Shown here: positions 36,805-47,165 of the stretch, piece by piece
How the letters are laid out: every line of letters starts with the position of its first letter
Numbering within the stretch: the first letter of the stretch is position 1
Assembly: GCA_043825875.1 (NCBI GenBank)
Contig: JBDRRF010000076.1
Coordinates: 160,001-224,000 of the forward strand
Direction of reading: 5' to 3'
DNA: 64,000 nt
DNA from: Pseudomonadota bacterium
Lineage (GTDB): Bacteria > Desulfobacterota > Desulfobacteria > Desulfobacterales > RPRI01
Position numbers and translations under genes: made by a program
Notes under the pieces: model-generated
Told to the model about the DNA's origin: nothing
Database searches by the model: none
Seen by the model: the letters and a program-made list of their open reading frames with translations, nothing else

Positions 36805-37238
36805 TTTCCTATTTTGACAGCAGCAGCATAGTAAAATGGTTTTTTGACGAACCATATGCCGAAATTTCACGCTCGCTTAAAGATGAAACGGATATGGCTT
36901 TTACCTCATTAATTTCATATCCGGAAGTATTTTCTGCCTTCAGACGTGCATGGAAAGAAAAACGATGTTCAAAATACGACATAGAGATTGTTCAAGGAGA
37001 GTTTTTGCGGATTTGGCATGACTTTCGTTGGATTAAACCAAACGAAATATTGATCTCAAATACCAGAGAATTAATTTTCAGGCATGAATTGAAAGGATAT
37101 GACGCTGTTCATCTGGCATCTTCACTGATGTTGAAAGATCAAAGCAACGGCATAGAAATATTTTTCTCATGTTTTGACAAAACTCTAAATAAGGCGGCTA
37201 AGAAAGAAGGATTAATAATACATGAAATTTCAATGTAA
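36801..37238 (+). CDS. vapC: VapC/PIN toxin
   Basis: YFDSSSIVK, LKGYDAVHLAS, FD..L..AA. Confidence 0.9.
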   Translation: MISYFDSSSIVKWFFDEPYAEISRSLKDETDMAFTSLISYPEVFSAFRRAWKEKRCSKYDIEIVQGEFLRIWHDFRWIKPNEILISNTRELIFRHELKGYDAVHLASSLMLKDQSNGIEIFFSCFDKTLNKAAKKEGLIIHEISM

Positions 37239-37378
37239 TGAATCCGGAAAGGTATATAAGAATGCCTGTATGATGAAGGCATTAGGCAAATGGAATATGG
37301 CTTTTAGGAAAGGAGTTTTCAAGCTGCCTATGAGTCATTTGTTTTATGTGTTGGGGGAGAAATAAAACATTTTCTCAG

Positions 37379-38584
37379 TTATGTTTCTTTATATTTGTTA
37401 ATAGTATTATTATATAAACTCTCATATTTATCAATCATTTGCACAAATGAAAAATCACTTTGGATTAATTCATATGCCTGTTCTACCACTTCTTCCCTAA
37501 GATTCTGGTTAGAAATCAATAATTCAATAGAATTTGCTAAAGACTCTGCATCACGCGGCTTGCAAAGAACGCCAGTTTTCCCTTGAATAACAATTTCAGG
37601 AATACCGCCAACTGCTGAGGCAATAACAGGAACTCTACAATTCATAGCCTCCAGAATTGTAAGAGGACTATTATCCCCAAGTGTCGGTAGCACAAAAACA
37701 TCCGATAGTTTGTAATATTTTTTCATATCTTCTCTGGTTACCCCATCAACAAGGGTATATGTGAAAGGAAAGTTTTTAGGGAAAGATACCTTGTCTCCTA
37801 TATACAATAGATGAATATCCTTTCTTTTCAAACTCAATATCTGAAGAGCAGGCAACAGATATTCCCACCCTTTTCTTACAGCAGGCAATTCTCCGGCTAA
37901 CCGCTTACCTCCAATAAATAGCAAAATTGTTTTTTCTTTCGGCAACTGAATTTCACTAATATTCTGTTTTTCTTCATGCAAATTAAAGCTTGAAGGATCA
38001 ATTCCGTTATGAATAATTTGAATCGGGCTGAAAATAATTCCAGATGATTCTAATCTTTCCGCCATCCATTTACTGGGAGAAGCAAATTTTACCTTTGCTA
38101 TTTTAAAAGCATATCGTTTTATTGTTCTATTAAGAAATACTATAAAGCTTGGCCATCGAGAACAGTTTTTGCACTGCCTCAACAAGCCGGGACAATCAGG
38201 CGGATCAGGCCATCCCGTTAGACAAACTGGCCACAAATCATGCAGTGTCCAAACCATGGGATATTTTCTTGAAAACAGAAGTGAGCCAAGTGAAAATGTC
38301 TGAAGATTTATATTGTGAATATGGATGATATCCGGTTTGATATTCTTTAGTAATCTAAATAGCTCCCAAATTAACTGTGGATTGAAATAATGAAATGCCG
38401 GATTTTTCCATATTCTTTTCAAAACTCTAACTGTATACAAATCCTTTTTAAATACGGAATAAGCATCCCCGGAAGTAATAAAAACAACCTCATGTCCCTT
38501 CTCAGACATTCCTTTTGCAATATCCAGGGCTGCTATTGAGGCACCCCCATGATTGAGGGTAGCTGTGATAACACATATCTTCAT
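37379..38584 (-). CDS. Glycosyltransferase family 4
   Basis: WTLHDLWP..G, DNSPLTILEAM, VGGIPEIV. Confidence 0.9.
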   Translation of the reverse strand: MKICVITATLNHGGASIAALDIAKGMSEKGHEVVFITSGDAYSVFKKDLYTVRVLKRIWKNPAFHYFNPQLIWELFRLLKNIKPDIIHIHNINLQTFSLGSLLFSRKYPMVWTLHDLWPVCLTGWPDPPDCPGLLRQCKNCSRWPSFIVFLNRTIKRYAFKIAKVKFASPSKWMAERLESSGIIFSPIQIIHNGIDPSSFNLHEEKQNISEIQLPKEKTILLFIGGKRLAGELPAVRKGWEYLLPALQILSLKRKDIHLLYIGDKVSFPKNFPFTYTLVDGVTREDMKKYYKLSDVFVLPTLGDNSPLTILEAMNCRVPVIASAVGGIPEIVIQGKTGVLCKPRDAESLANSIELLISNQNLREEVVEQAYELIQSDFSFVQMIDKYESLYNNTINKYKET

Positions 38585-38644
38585 ATAATAAGTAAATTTG
38601 AGGCTTGTGTATAATAGCATCAAGCCTCGAAGGGGTATTTTGCT

Positions 38645-39595
38645 TTACTGCAAATATCTATTTATTCTTTTATTTTTAAACCCGTCAATCAAAGCCATTG
38701 AATAGGCTTTCATTATTTCCAGGACTTCTTTTTCTTTAAATATACTTATAAACATCCGAAATACTATCCCCGGAATTGTATGTGTCCAGAAAGAAGCCCC
38801 ATAATACTTTCGGGAAGTGATAATTTTATTTCTTACATCATAATAAACTTTCCATGGAGGTAAACTTTTATAAGGAATACCCCATTTTAATATTCTAATA
38901 AATTCATTACTGGTCACTGGGTGATAAATTAAACTGTTTTTAACAACATATAATCCATATCCAAAAGCTTTTGCTCTTTCACAATACTCTTTATCATCCC
39001 AATATATAAAATAATCCGATACCGGCAAACCAATTTCATTTACTGCTGATCTATGGATCAAAAACCCAAGAAACGGAGTATATTTCACTTTTTCAACTTC
39101 ATTTAAATCATCATGCCACTCAATATATTTACTTTTATTCTCAGCTTCTATCAACCAACAAAGTTTCTTTTTTCCATCTATATTCCCTACAGCTGCTGAA
39201 GCAAATAACGCTTTTTTTTTATCAGTATTTTTTAATAAATTATCTAACGCATCTTTATCGGGTTTAGCATCATCATCCATTAACCAGAAACATTCCCAAT
39301 GATGCTCCATTGCATATTTAATGCCCTCATAGAATCCACCGGATCCACCCAAGTTCTCTTTTAAGCTTAAATAATAAATTTTCTTGTTGGGTAAAATATT
39401 TTTTTCATGAAGATAACTTGATGTTCCATCAGTAGATAAATTGTCTACAATAATAATATCACATGGTAGGGTTTGTTTAAGAAGAGCTTTCATACACTCT
39501 AATAGAAGGTATTTCCGGTTAAAAGTAACAACTATAGCAACATGAATGTCTTTTTTAATACTTTGTACGGTATCTTTTTTTTCCTCTAAATTCAT
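38645..39595 (-). CDS. Glycosyltransferase family 2 (galactofuranosyltransferase-like)
   Basis: VVTFNR..LL, NLGGSGGF..G, WLMDDD, YFIYWDD.EY. Next to glf. Confidence 0.85.
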   Translation of the reverse strand: MNLEEKKDTVQSIKKDIHVAIVVTFNRKYLLLECMKALLKQTLPCDIIIVDNLSTDGTSSYLHEKNILPNKKIYYLSLKENLGGSGGFYEGIKYAMEHHWECFWLMDDDAKPDKDALDNLLKNTDKKKALFASAAVGNIDGKKKLCWLIEAENKSKYIEWHDDLNEVEKVKYTPFLGFLIHRSAVNEIGLPVSDYFIYWDDKEYCERAKAFGYGLYVVKNSLIYHPVTSNEFIRILKWGIPYKSLPPWKVYYDVRNKIITSRKYYGASFWTHTIPGIVFRMFISIFKEKEVLEIMKAYSMALIDGFKNKRINRYLQ

Positions 39596-39613
39596 AAAAT
39601 AATAATTATATAA

Positions 39614-40744
39614 TTACAGTTTACTTATTGTTTTTTCAAAAAATATTAATGTCGACTCGATAACATCATCCATATCATAGTATTTATAACTTCCTAAACG
39701 GCCTCCGAAAAACACATTCTCTATTTTTTCAGTTTGATATTTTTCAAGTCTTTCCTTATCTTTCCTGGTATTAATTGGATAATACGGCTCATCATTTTCT
39801 TTCGAAAATCTTGAATACTCTTTATCAATTATAGTCTTGCCAGAAGTATAAGTTCTTTCAGGATGTAAATGTTTAAATTCATGAATACGGGTGTACGGTA
39901 TTGTTTCATCAGCGTAATTCATAACCGATGTTCCCTGGAAATCTTTAACCTCAGCAACTTCTCTTTCAAAGTCAAGAGTTCTCCATCCTAATTTACCATA
40001 TTTATAATTAAAAAATTTATCTATTGGCCCCGTAAATATAATGCAACTGCTTTTAGGAATTTTATCTTTGATATCAAAAAAGTCCGTGTTTAATTTTACT
40101 TCAATTTTTTCATTGCATAATAATTTTTTAAATATACTTTCATATCCTTCGATAGGTAAACCTTGAATAGGATCATCAAAATACTCCGAGTTATAGTTAT
40201 ATCTAACAGGAATTCTTGTAATGATATCTGCCGGCAATTTTTTGGGATCAGTCTCCCATTGTTTCAGGGTATATCCTTTTATAAATGCTTCATACAATGG
40301 TTTACCTATAAGAGAAATTGCTTTTTCTTCAAGATTCTGCGGATCTTTTATACTTTCTTTTCTGATTTCATTTTCTATAAAGGATTTTACTTCATACGGT
40401 TTTAAGTTTAAGTTATAAAATCGGTTTATTGTAGATAAATTGATAGGCATTTGATAAACATGATTTTGATATGTCGTAAGCACATGATGCCTATAGTAAT
40501 TAAGAGGCATGAATTTAGAGATATAATCCCATACTTTTATATTACCAGTATGAAAAATATGAGAACCATATTTATGGGCTTCAATACCGGTTTCTTTATC
40601 AAACTCTGAATAACAATTTCCCCCAATATGGCCCCTTTTATCAATTATTAATACTTTTTCTTTTCTTTGTGAAGCAATCCGTTCAGCTAAAACAGAACCA
40701 AAGAAACCGGCTCCTACAATACAATATTTAAAATCTTCTATCAT
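39614..40744 (-). CDS. glf: UDP-galactopyranose mutase
   Basis: VGAGFFG, HIGGNCY, HKYGSHIFHT, YT.KQW, TRIHEFKH, EPYYP, GRLG.YKYYDMD. Confidence 0.96.
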   Translation of the reverse strand: MIEDFKYCIVGAGFFGSVLAERIASQRKEKVLIIDKRGHIGGNCYSEFDKETGIEAHKYGSHIFHTGNIKVWDYISKFMPLNYYRHHVLTTYQNHVYQMPINLSTINRFYNLNLKPYEVKSFIENEIRKESIKDPQNLEEKAISLIGKPLYEAFIKGYTLKQWETDPKKLPADIITRIPVRYNYNSEYFDDPIQGLPIEGYESIFKKLLCNEKIEVKLNTDFFDIKDKIPKSSCIIFTGPIDKFFNYKYGKLGWRTLDFEREVAEVKDFQGTSVMNYADETIPYTRIHEFKHLHPERTYTSGKTIIDKEYSRFSKENDEPYYPINTRKDKERLEKYQTEKIENVFFGGRLGSYKYYDMDDVIESTLIFFEKTISKL

Positions 40745-42030
40745 AGTTTCTTTTGGGATATAGTAACATTAGGATATCTACCACAACAATATTTATATCT
40801 TAATCTTATCAAATTAATAATATATAATAGTGCATTTCGTTTTCTGTTATTGCTCAAAACATACCCATTGGTTTTTACAAGACAATTTATTTTACTAAAA
40901 AGCATAATTATATGAACACGATTTGATATGATTATAGATTTTTTTGTTATTATTTTAATAATAATTTTAATTTTTGCCGGTAAACTCAATGTCTTTTTCC
41001 AAATAAATATCTTACAAGCTTTTATTTTACTTTCTATTGTTTCAGAAGATTTGTGTCCTATTTGGATTATCATGTCTATTCCATTTAGATCTTCATTTCT
41101 TCCTTCATCAATTTTCGAATTTTTTCTCAACATAGTTTCTATATCTTGACGGCCTCTTATTCCTTTAAAAAAATCGTGTATACCAATATGTACTGCTGCT
41201 GCCAATTCGTTAGCCCCAAGCAATTTGTAAAGCATCAACTTTTGGTATGCTATATATAAATATTTACTAACCCCTTTATTCTTATTTTTATTCGGGTAGT
41301 GATAATAAATAAAATAAAGAGCATTTCTTATGTAATAATAAATACGCCACGGTTCCTCAGGTTTATCACCATGAAAGCTATGAACAACTCTTGATCTTAA
41401 ATCACAAAGGATAGTGCGGCCTTGATTTTTTAATCTTGTACAAAATTCAATATCATCCCAGAAGACAAACATTTCGCTATCAAATGATCCAAATTTTTTA
41501 ATATCTTCAATTCTTACCAGCATTGAACATGCCGGACAAAAATCAACTTGTTCAATTAGATCCAATATTGGATCGTCTATTTCATCTCTACGATTTAGGC
41601 GCGTATCGCACCTATGCCAATCAATATAACCTCCACATTCCTGAATTACATTTGTTCCAGCTCTTGCAATTCGACTTCCGCATACTGCTGCATTCGGATT
41701 ATTAGACAATGTTTCCAATAAATAAGTTAAACTCATAGGATCTACTTCAACATCATTATCAAGCAACCATACAAATTCAAATTTCTCTTGTGCAATAATT
41801 TGCTCAATACCCGTGTTAAAGCCTCCAGCACCACCAAGATTCTCATTGTTCCTTAATAAATTAACATCGGGATATAATGACATCACAGCCTCTGATGTAC
41901 CATCAGTCGATGCATTATCCACTAAGAAAACCGTAAAATGTGGGTAAGATATTTTTGCAAGAGTTTCGAGCAAACTTAAAACAGCTTTTTTATTATTCCA
42001 TGTTACAATAACTGCTGCAATATTTGTCAG
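40741..42030 (-). CDS. Glycosyltransferase family 2 (probable CTG start)
   Basis: NLGGAGGFN.G, WLLDND, FWDDIEF. The frame extends to IAAVIVTWN with CTG at 42030 after GAGGAGG. Confidence 0.85.
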   Translation of the reverse strand: MTNIAAVIVTWNNKKAVLSLLETLAKISYPHFTVFLVDNASTDGTSEAVMSLYPDVNLLRNNENLGGAGGFNTGIEQIIAQEKFEFVWLLDNDVEVDPMSLTYLLETLSNNPNAAVCGSRIARAGTNVIQECGGYIDWHRCDTRLNRRDEIDDPILDLIEQVDFCPACSMLVRIEDIKKFGSFDSEMFVFWDDIEFCTRLKNQGRTILCDLRSRVVHSFHGDKPEEPWRIYYYIRNALYFIYYHYPNKNKNKGVSKYLYIAYQKLMLYKLLGANELAAAVHIGIHDFFKGIRGRQDIETMLRKNSKIDEGRNEDLNGIDMIIQIGHKSSETIESKIKACKIFIWKKTLSLPAKIKIIIKIITKKSIIISNRVHIIMLFSKINCLVKTNGYVLSNNRKRNALLYIINLIRLRYKYCCGRYPNVTISQKKL

Positions 42031-42081
42031 TATATATCCTCCTCACTTATAAATTGTTGTATGCAGAAAAATTTTATGGCT

Positions 42082-43266
42082 TTATCCAATATTAATAATA
42101 GATCTTATAATTACTTTGAGATATTTTAATAGTAATCTTCTTAATTCCTGCCTTTCCCAAACAAATTGATTTGAACCTACCAAAGCAGATATTATTATCT
42201 CAGCCAGTAAATATGGCCTTGATATGTTGATATTTAATGATGCTGTAATCTCCTGAATATATTTTTTAATTTTAGCATTTCTATTGGATTTTACAAAACA
42301 TGAACTAGTCTGGAAACACATTATTCTTAAACAAAACAATGTTAAAAGAATATTCCAGCTTGACTTGTTTGATTTGGCAATTCTCTTTGCCTCATTAAGT
42401 CTTTGAAATACATATTCTAATAGTTTATAACCACCATCAAGTTGGAAATCATCCAATCGCACAATGGTTTGTAATACACCTGCAGAAAACGCCAAAAGTG
42501 CTTCAAGTCTTTGGTTTTCCGGATAATGTGGATTTTGATCAAGGAGAACAGACAATCTTTTATGGAGGATAGCATCATGAAGATACTGGCGTCTCAAATC
42601 GGCAGACATACTTTTATGATGACGACGATAATAAACTAATCCGCTATGATTATATTGGGGAATAAAGCCTTTCATAGCAGCTCTCAACCAAAAATCATAA
42701 TCTTCACAAGCTTTCAGATGAGTATCAAACCAACCTGTTTGTATTATAGCTTCTCTTCTAAAAAGAAACGCATGAGGTGGAGCAATATTAAAATAACATA
42801 GGTGAACCGCTAAACTCTTTTTAAAAAGAATCCAAGGTATTGTTGGTTTTGGCCTACCTTCTGGTGTCGTTTCCTGAAAGTAATAACTTTGGCATACAAC
42901 CACATCCGCGTTTGAATTGTTTTCTAAATATTTTAGTTGTGAACTTATTACGTCCGGACCAAGAACATCATCAGCATCTAGGAACAATATAAATTCACCT
43001 GAGCTGTTTTTGATACCGGTGTTTCTTGCGGCAGAAAGACCAGCGTTTTCCTTATAAATGTATTTAATATTTTTTTTATATCTTTCCAGAATGTTATATG
43101 TTCTATCAGATGATCCGTCATCAACAACTATGATTTCTTTGTCAATGCCACACTGTTCCAGCACACTGTCAATAGCGGTTGCAATAAAATTCTGGTAATT
43201 ATATGTTGGGATAATGACAGATACACACCCTTCCCGATAATCATAAATAGATTTATTGTCCGGCAT
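42082..43266 (-). CDS. Glycosyltransferase family 2
   Basis: VSVIIPTYN, VVDDGS, GLSAARN, FLDADD, EDYDFWLR. Confidence 0.92.
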   Translation of the reverse strand: MPDNKSIYDYREGCVSVIIPTYNYQNFIATAIDSVLEQCGIDKEIIVVDDGSSDRTYNILERYKKNIKYIYKENAGLSAARNTGIKNSSGEFILFLDADDVLGPDVISSQLKYLENNSNADVVVCQSYYFQETTPEGRPKPTIPWILFKKSLAVHLCYFNIAPPHAFLFRREAIIQTGWFDTHLKACEDYDFWLRAAMKGFIPQYNHSGLVYYRRHHKSMSADLRRQYLHDAILHKRLSVLLDQNPHYPENQRLEALLAFSAGVLQTIVRLDDFQLDGGYKLLEYVFQRLNEAKRIAKSNKSSWNILLTLFCLRIMCFQTSSCFVKSNRNAKIKKYIQEITASLNINISRPYLLAEIIISALVGSNQFVWERQELRRLLLKYLKVIIRSIINIG

Positions 43267-43269
43267 GCA

Positions 43270-43746
43270 CTATTTCTTTTTAATATCATCCTTCGGTAAA
43301 AACTGGCGCATTATTGGCTCTAACCAGAACGGGCTTTTGACGTACAACACATTTCGTATGCCAAACGTATCTGATCCCGTTTTATAGCCCAAAAGATGGC
43401 CCCGGATATTAACTATTCTGGAAAAAAAATATTCAATAACAGATTCCCATAATGTCGGATATAGCCAATCCTTACATGTCAATTTTTCCCCACCATAATG
43501 ATTAATTGAGAATGAATATAGTAGTAGTTCTTCGCACCGGTCAAGATTAAACATTATCAATTCTAATGACAGTGGGCTGTCATTAGAATTGCCATTTTCC
43601 ATTTTTTCTTCCAATATACTATCAGCCGTACATATACGCATATTAATCTCATTACAAACGCAAGCATCGGTTTGTGAAAAATCGTAAGTTTCTATTCGTT
43701 GTCGAATTTGCTCAATGCGATGTTTAATTAAGTCGTTTGCCTGCAT
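43270..43746 (-). CDS. Hypothetical protein in polysaccharide operon
   Basis: Translationally coupled to both neighbours. No motif recognised. Confidence 0.65.
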   Translation of the reverse strand: MQANDLIKHRIEQIRQRIETYDFSQTDACVCNEINMRICTADSILEEKMENGNSNDSPLSLELIMFNLDRCEELLLYSFSINHYGGEKLTCKDWLYPTLWESVIEYFFSRIVNIRGHLLGYKTGSDTFGIRNVLYVKSPFWLEPIMRQFLPKDDIKKK

Positions 43747-45821
43747 TAAAAAGACCTCTTAGAAATAACCTTATAAAGATTAAACAAAAAAAGCAGCCCA
43801 GGATAACCGAGCGAAGCCAGATACCCTTCTTTCCATAAAACATCATTATTAAACCTCCGCCAGAAATTAATAGAAGAAACAGTTTTAAAACCATTTTCAG
43901 GAAACTTCAGCATATAATCACTACCAAAATCCTCCACATTTGAAAATTTATTAAAAATCCTACTTTCATAATACCTAGGAAACCGAAAAAATGTATTTAT
44001 CCGATTAAGAAAATACTGTGAATATACTTCAGCAGATTCTTCCATAAATGGAATAATATTAGAATAAGCATCGATAAAGTCGAAAATCCCGGCTTGCAGC
44101 GATGTTATGAGATTACGGTCTTCAAGTTCATTAAGTCTGGCTGGTTCATCTTCACTCTTGAAAAGAGGTACAATTGTTCCATTTTTTGTATCCCTATGCA
44201 GTCCAATTGTTGTTGCACTTGGAGAGCGAGTGCATAGTTCGAATAACTGGAAAAATCTATGAAAAGCACTTTGCCCCACAGATTCCCTCTCATGATGATA
44301 TAATATGCCTTCATAAGTTGATTTAGGCGTTGAAATATACGGGAGATTTCCGATAAATCCCATATAAAAACCGTATAATTGTGGCCATTCTTTTCGTTCT
44401 CTGAAGGCACATGTCAAGGCATCTTGTACAGTTCCTTGCCAACCCACATCTACCAACGCAACTCGTTGTGTTCTCCAAAAACCGATTTGAGCAAGATAAT
44501 CATACAGTAGAACTTGATGTTTCCTGCAGTTTTGTTCTACCATATAGCAGACCTGTGGATGGCGAATAAAACTCAAAAGATTATTGTTTCTGATAGGATT
44601 ATTTATAATAGCGTCTATAGATTCCAAGCCACACTCCCTGGCCAGTTGATCAAATTGTTGTGGTTCCAGACCAAGGCGGACCAACATTGTTTTAACAGAT
44701 GGTTTACTTGTAAAACTAAATCCTTTAATAACCTCTCTTATACCAATTGTCATCGCTGAAGCAGGAAAAACGGTTTTTCTGGACAAAAAGCAATATTCAC
44801 TTTTTATTGGGTTAGAGATAAGATGTTTCTTGAATGCATTGAAAATATAATTGAGGACAAAACCTTCCCTGGCAGGAAAGAGAACTAACTGAATTTCTTC
44901 TTTTACCACCCGTTCAATTACACGGTGAATAAAGTTTGCCAAAACTGGACCTAAAAGCCAAAACCCCATATCATATCTCAAATCCATAAAACGTTCAGGC
45001 TGCAATTTGTGAAGGTAAACATTGTTGAACATTTCTATGAGAGCTGCTCCAGCCCATGAACTTTTATTTTGAGCTATACGTTTTATACGAACATTCCGTT
45101 TTATTGCATGGAAATGATCATCAGGCATGAAATGAAATGAACGTCCTTTTAAACTTTTAGGTTGTAAATAATCATCTCTGAAGTTATCGCCAAAATGCAT
45201 CCAACGGTGGGGCAATATTTTTTCTTTTGCAAGCATCAGTTTGAATAACCGTCCAGTTTTTTTTCTGAGACTGTAATGAGAAGAAACGTAACAACCGTTA
45301 AATAGATTTCTGAAGCCATTATTATTAATAATAGACAATACATCCTCTTGCCGAAGATACATATCTGAGATTAAGACCACTCTCTTATTCATTTTTTTGA
45401 GTGTTATAAGAACTTCCTTCATCCCGACAACTGGAAAAGTGGCGGACTTTTCAGCATCAATTTCTGCTTTTATCAACTGATCAAATAAATGTTTATTATT
45501 GTTATTTTCCGTAAACGATTCTATCCATTCCTCAAAAACCTTATCAATCGGATGTTCCCAATCGTTTCCGGCAGCTTTTGAATTTCGTCCGATCCGTTTT
45601 TCAATTTCAAAACGCCGTTTAATTACTTCTTTTAAAGATATTGATATCCCCTGTTTAGATAATTCAGTTACCAAGGTTTTTGCAGCCGGCACTTTTGATA
45701 TTTCCGGCGGAGCTACTCGTCTCCTAATAAGCGTATCAAAAACATCGAAAGAAACCATATCAATTGAATTTTTTAGTGATATAATTATGTTTAATATTTG
45801 GTTGGTTGAACGAATCCGCAT
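43746..45821 (-). CDS. HAD-superfamily hydrolase-like protein of polysaccharide loci
   Basis: SFDVFDTLI.R, ISDMY, HFGDN..D, AREG, VDVGW.GTVQ. Confidence 0.85.
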   Translation of the reverse strand: MRIRSTNQILNIIISLKNSIDMVSFDVFDTLIRRRVAPPEISKVPAAKTLVTELSKQGISISLKEVIKRRFEIEKRIGRNSKAAGNDWEHPIDKVFEEWIESFTENNNNKHLFDQLIKAEIDAEKSATFPVVGMKEVLITLKKMNKRVVLISDMYLRQEDVLSIINNNGFRNLFNGCYVSSHYSLRKKTGRLFKLMLAKEKILPHRWMHFGDNFRDDYLQPKSLKGRSFHFMPDDHFHAIKRNVRIKRIAQNKSSWAGAALIEMFNNVYLHKLQPERFMDLRYDMGFWLLGPVLANFIHRVIERVVKEEIQLVLFPAREGFVLNYIFNAFKKHLISNPIKSEYCFLSRKTVFPASAMTIGIREVIKGFSFTSKPSVKTMLVRLGLEPQQFDQLARECGLESIDAIINNPIRNNNLLSFIRHPQVCYMVEQNCRKHQVLLYDYLAQIGFWRTQRVALVDVGWQGTVQDALTCAFRERKEWPQLYGFYMGFIGNLPYISTPKSTYEGILYHHERESVGQSAFHRFFQLFELCTRSPSATTIGLHRDTKNGTIVPLFKSEDEPARLNELEDRNLITSLQAGIFDFIDAYSNIIPFMEESAEVYSQYFLNRINTFFRFPRYYESRIFNKFSNVEDFGSDYMLKFPENGFKTVSSINFWRRFNNDVLWKEGYLASLGYPGLLFLFNLYKVISKRSF

Positions 45822-45833
45822 AAAATACCTGCT

Positions 45834-47165
45834 TTACTTTGATCCTCCCGGAGTTCTAAAGACTTCAAATATACATCTGATACAGCGCCAGATACAAATG
45901 GCCGGTTTACCAGGTAAAGTTACGGACAAAAAATCAAGCAAATTCAATTCTGAAAAAATCTTATTTTTTCTTGGTGCAATCAGAATTACCTTTCGCACAA
46001 CTATACGGCCATATATCTTTAGCCCGACCTGAAAAAATGCTCCTGCAAGATTTAATAAAGCATTTACAGTGTTAATACCGATTACTCTCTCTATGGTAAT
46101 CTTGTTCAATATAGCTTCCACCAGCTCTCCAATGAGTTGGCGGCTTTCATTACGTTGCTGATATTCAAAAGAAGATAGAGGTAACGGATGATAGAGAAGC
46201 AATCTGCTTAACTGATTGCATAACAAAACTCTAGTGGCCAAGGATAGGTTGGCTTCTATCACAATAAGCTTTTTAAGAATTTCATGTAAAATTTCCTCTA
46301 TTTCATATCGCAGATCAACACTCTTTAACCGCATACAATAACCACCAATTAGATGCAAAAGTGTATCGGCCTGAGGAGGCATTGTAAGTATTTTTTTTAC
46401 ATATCGTATCCAAACAGCCCTTCGTGTCCGACGCATATTATCCGGTATCTGGGACATACTCTTAGGAGTTTGGCGATAAACACAAACTATGGAATGAAGA
46501 ACAACGGCTTCAAACCCCATACAAGCCAATCGGCACAAAAGATCATAATCTTCATGACCTCCTTTAACATACGTTTCAGTTGCAAATCCACCAGCTTCGC
46601 GAACAGCCTCAGTAGGAAAAAGGAAAGTATGCGGAGGCCCGGTATTCACATAACAGAGTGCATGTCTAAGACGACCAAATTCCGGATAAATATCTTCATC
46701 TTCACGGTTTTGCCCATCAAAATAAAGTCTATATCCGCCAACAGCAATATGCTGGGACATTTCTTTCAAAACATTGTATTGTTCTTCAATACAATTAGGC
46801 AACAGCCAGTCATCCGCATCGAGAAATTTAATATACTTACCTGTTGCAAATTTAAGACCGGTATTTCTGGCAGCGGAAAGCCCCATATTTTGCTGCTTAA
46901 CAAATATTATCTTTTTTTCAAACGGCTCAAGCACTTCATTGACATTATCAGGTGAACCATCATCAATTACAATTATCTCGATATAAGGGTATGTCTGGTC
47001 AATACAGGATTGGACCGATTGTGATAATAAATTCGATTGTTTATAACACGGAATTACTATAGTAACCAGCTTTTCATTCGGGCTTGGTTCGCTTTGTGTA
47101 TTTTTTTCTGTCAACAAAGTTTCAGTTATATTTTTCAGGATCATACACGATTCCATGATCTGCAT
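45834..47165 (-). CDS. Glycosyltransferase family 2
   Basis: VIPCY, IDDGSPD, GLSAARN, FLDADD, EDYD. Confidence 0.9.
   Translation of the reverse strand: MQIMESCMILKNITETLLTEKNTQSEPSPNEKLVTIVIPCYKQSNLLSQSVQSCIDQTYPYIEIIVIDDGSPDNVNEVLEPFEKKIIFVKQQNMGLSAARNTGLKFATGKYIKFLDADDWLLPNCIEEQYNVLKEMSQHIAVGGYRLYFDGQNREDEDIYPEFGRLRHALCYVNTGPPHTFLFPTEAVREAGGFATETYVKGGHEDYDLLCRLACMGFEAVVLHSIVCVYRQTPKSMSQIPDNMRRTRRAVWIRYVKKILTMPPQADTLLHLIGGYCMRLKSVDLRYEIEEILHEILKKLIVIEANLSLATRVLLCNQLSRLLLYHPLPLSSFEYQQRNESRQLIGELVEAILNKITIERVIGINTVNALLNLAGAFFQVGLKIYGRIVVRKVILIAPRKNKIFSELNLLDFLSVTLPGKPAICIWRCIRCIFEVFRTPGGSK

Larger units (their letters stand above)
35847..37365 (+). repeat. 94-bp imperfect direct repeat (methyltransferase 3' end) bracketing a TA cassette
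   Basis: 35847-35940 vs 37272-37365 (gatgaaggc...ttttatgtg.tggggga.aa.t.a). Confidence 0.9.
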
